From positions 42,322 through 106,321 of the forward strand of contig CAYRQP010000001.1 in the NCBI GenBank assembly GCA_964426545.1: 64,000 nucleotides of DNA, given 5' to 3'. The position numbers were made by a program, and so were the translations under genes. Positions 63,708 through 64,000 of this stretch are shown in pieces. Every line of letters starts with the position of its first letter. Positions within the stretch are counted from its first letter, which is position 1. This DNA is from an uncultured bacterium (GTDB taxonomy: Bacteria; Fermentibacterota; Fermentibacteria; Fermentibacterales; JCC-6). The notes under the pieces were generated by a model that searched no databases, had not been told where the DNA came from, and saw only the letters and a list, made by a program, of their open reading frames with translations.

Positions 63708-64000
63708 TGGGCAATGCAAAACGCAGAATCGCCCTTTTCCCGGCTCATCCGGCACAGGTCTGGATACTGCACCGGCTGGAGATCCTTCTTGGAAACAGGT
63801 ATCACTTCATCTGGTTTCTCAGGGATAAGGATATCTCAATTCAACTCGCAGATGAACTGGAAATCGAATACACAGTAGTTTCGAAAGCAAGGCAGGGCAT
63901 CCTTGGAAATGCCCTTGAACTATTCATGAATATCTTCAGACTCATCAACTATACTCTCGAATTCGATATTGACCTGTGGATATCGAAGTACAGTGCAGCT
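63707..64000 (+). CDS. DUF354-like (glycosyltransferase-fold) protein, runs off the window
   Basis: Not in the ORF track. ATG overlaps the upstream TAA; MGNAKRRIALFPAHPAQVWIL...FLRDKDISIQLADELEIEY is open to the window end. Confidence 0.6.
   Translation, partial: MGNAKRRIALFPAHPAQVWILHRLEILLGNRYHFIWFLRDKDISIQLADELEIEYTVVSKARQGILGNALELFMNIFRLINYTLEFDIDLWISKYSAA

Overview
A gene-dense chromosomal window from a diderm, probably anaerobic bacterium. A SprA-like protein and an LpxC-FabZ fusion suggest the FCB group, possibly a candidate phylum; this lineage call is inference only. Contents in order: (1) an edge-truncated RAYT-type HUH transposase missed by the ORF track. (2) A type IV pilus core (pilA, pilR, pilS, pilC, pilT and two tandem pilB paralogues) lying directly downstream of a 1,870-aa SprA-like (T9SS translocon family) gene. 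(3) lptFG, serC, ligA, a GH57 enzyme and an M1-peptidase-like lipoprotein lacking HEXXH. (4) A long envelope cluster: frameshifted prfB, lysS, lolC/E, lolD, clpC, bamA, skp, lpxD, lpxC-fabZ, lpxA, ECF sigma and anti-sigma. (5) A cation:proton antiporter, a PTS EIIA/PII-like fusion and an atypical SHMT. (6) A five-repeat lipoprotein. (7) A minor-pilin cluster behind a sigma54-type promoter, with duplicated PilV/PilW/PilX sets including a 1,310-aa giant pilin. (8) A DUF4160/DUF2442 pair with a frameshifted DUF4160. (9) A B12-radical SAM / aroE / HydE-like operon. At least four families of REP/REPIN-like palindromes sit in intergenic gaps. No rRNA, tRNA or CRISPR array was seen. The best candidate for an undescribed system is a duplicated pilus (2 PilB, 2 PilV, giant and short PilW, paralogous PilX) apparently co-regulated by sigma54/PilR and encoded beside a SprA-like barrel. 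All family assignments come from motif recognition by eye, not database searches.
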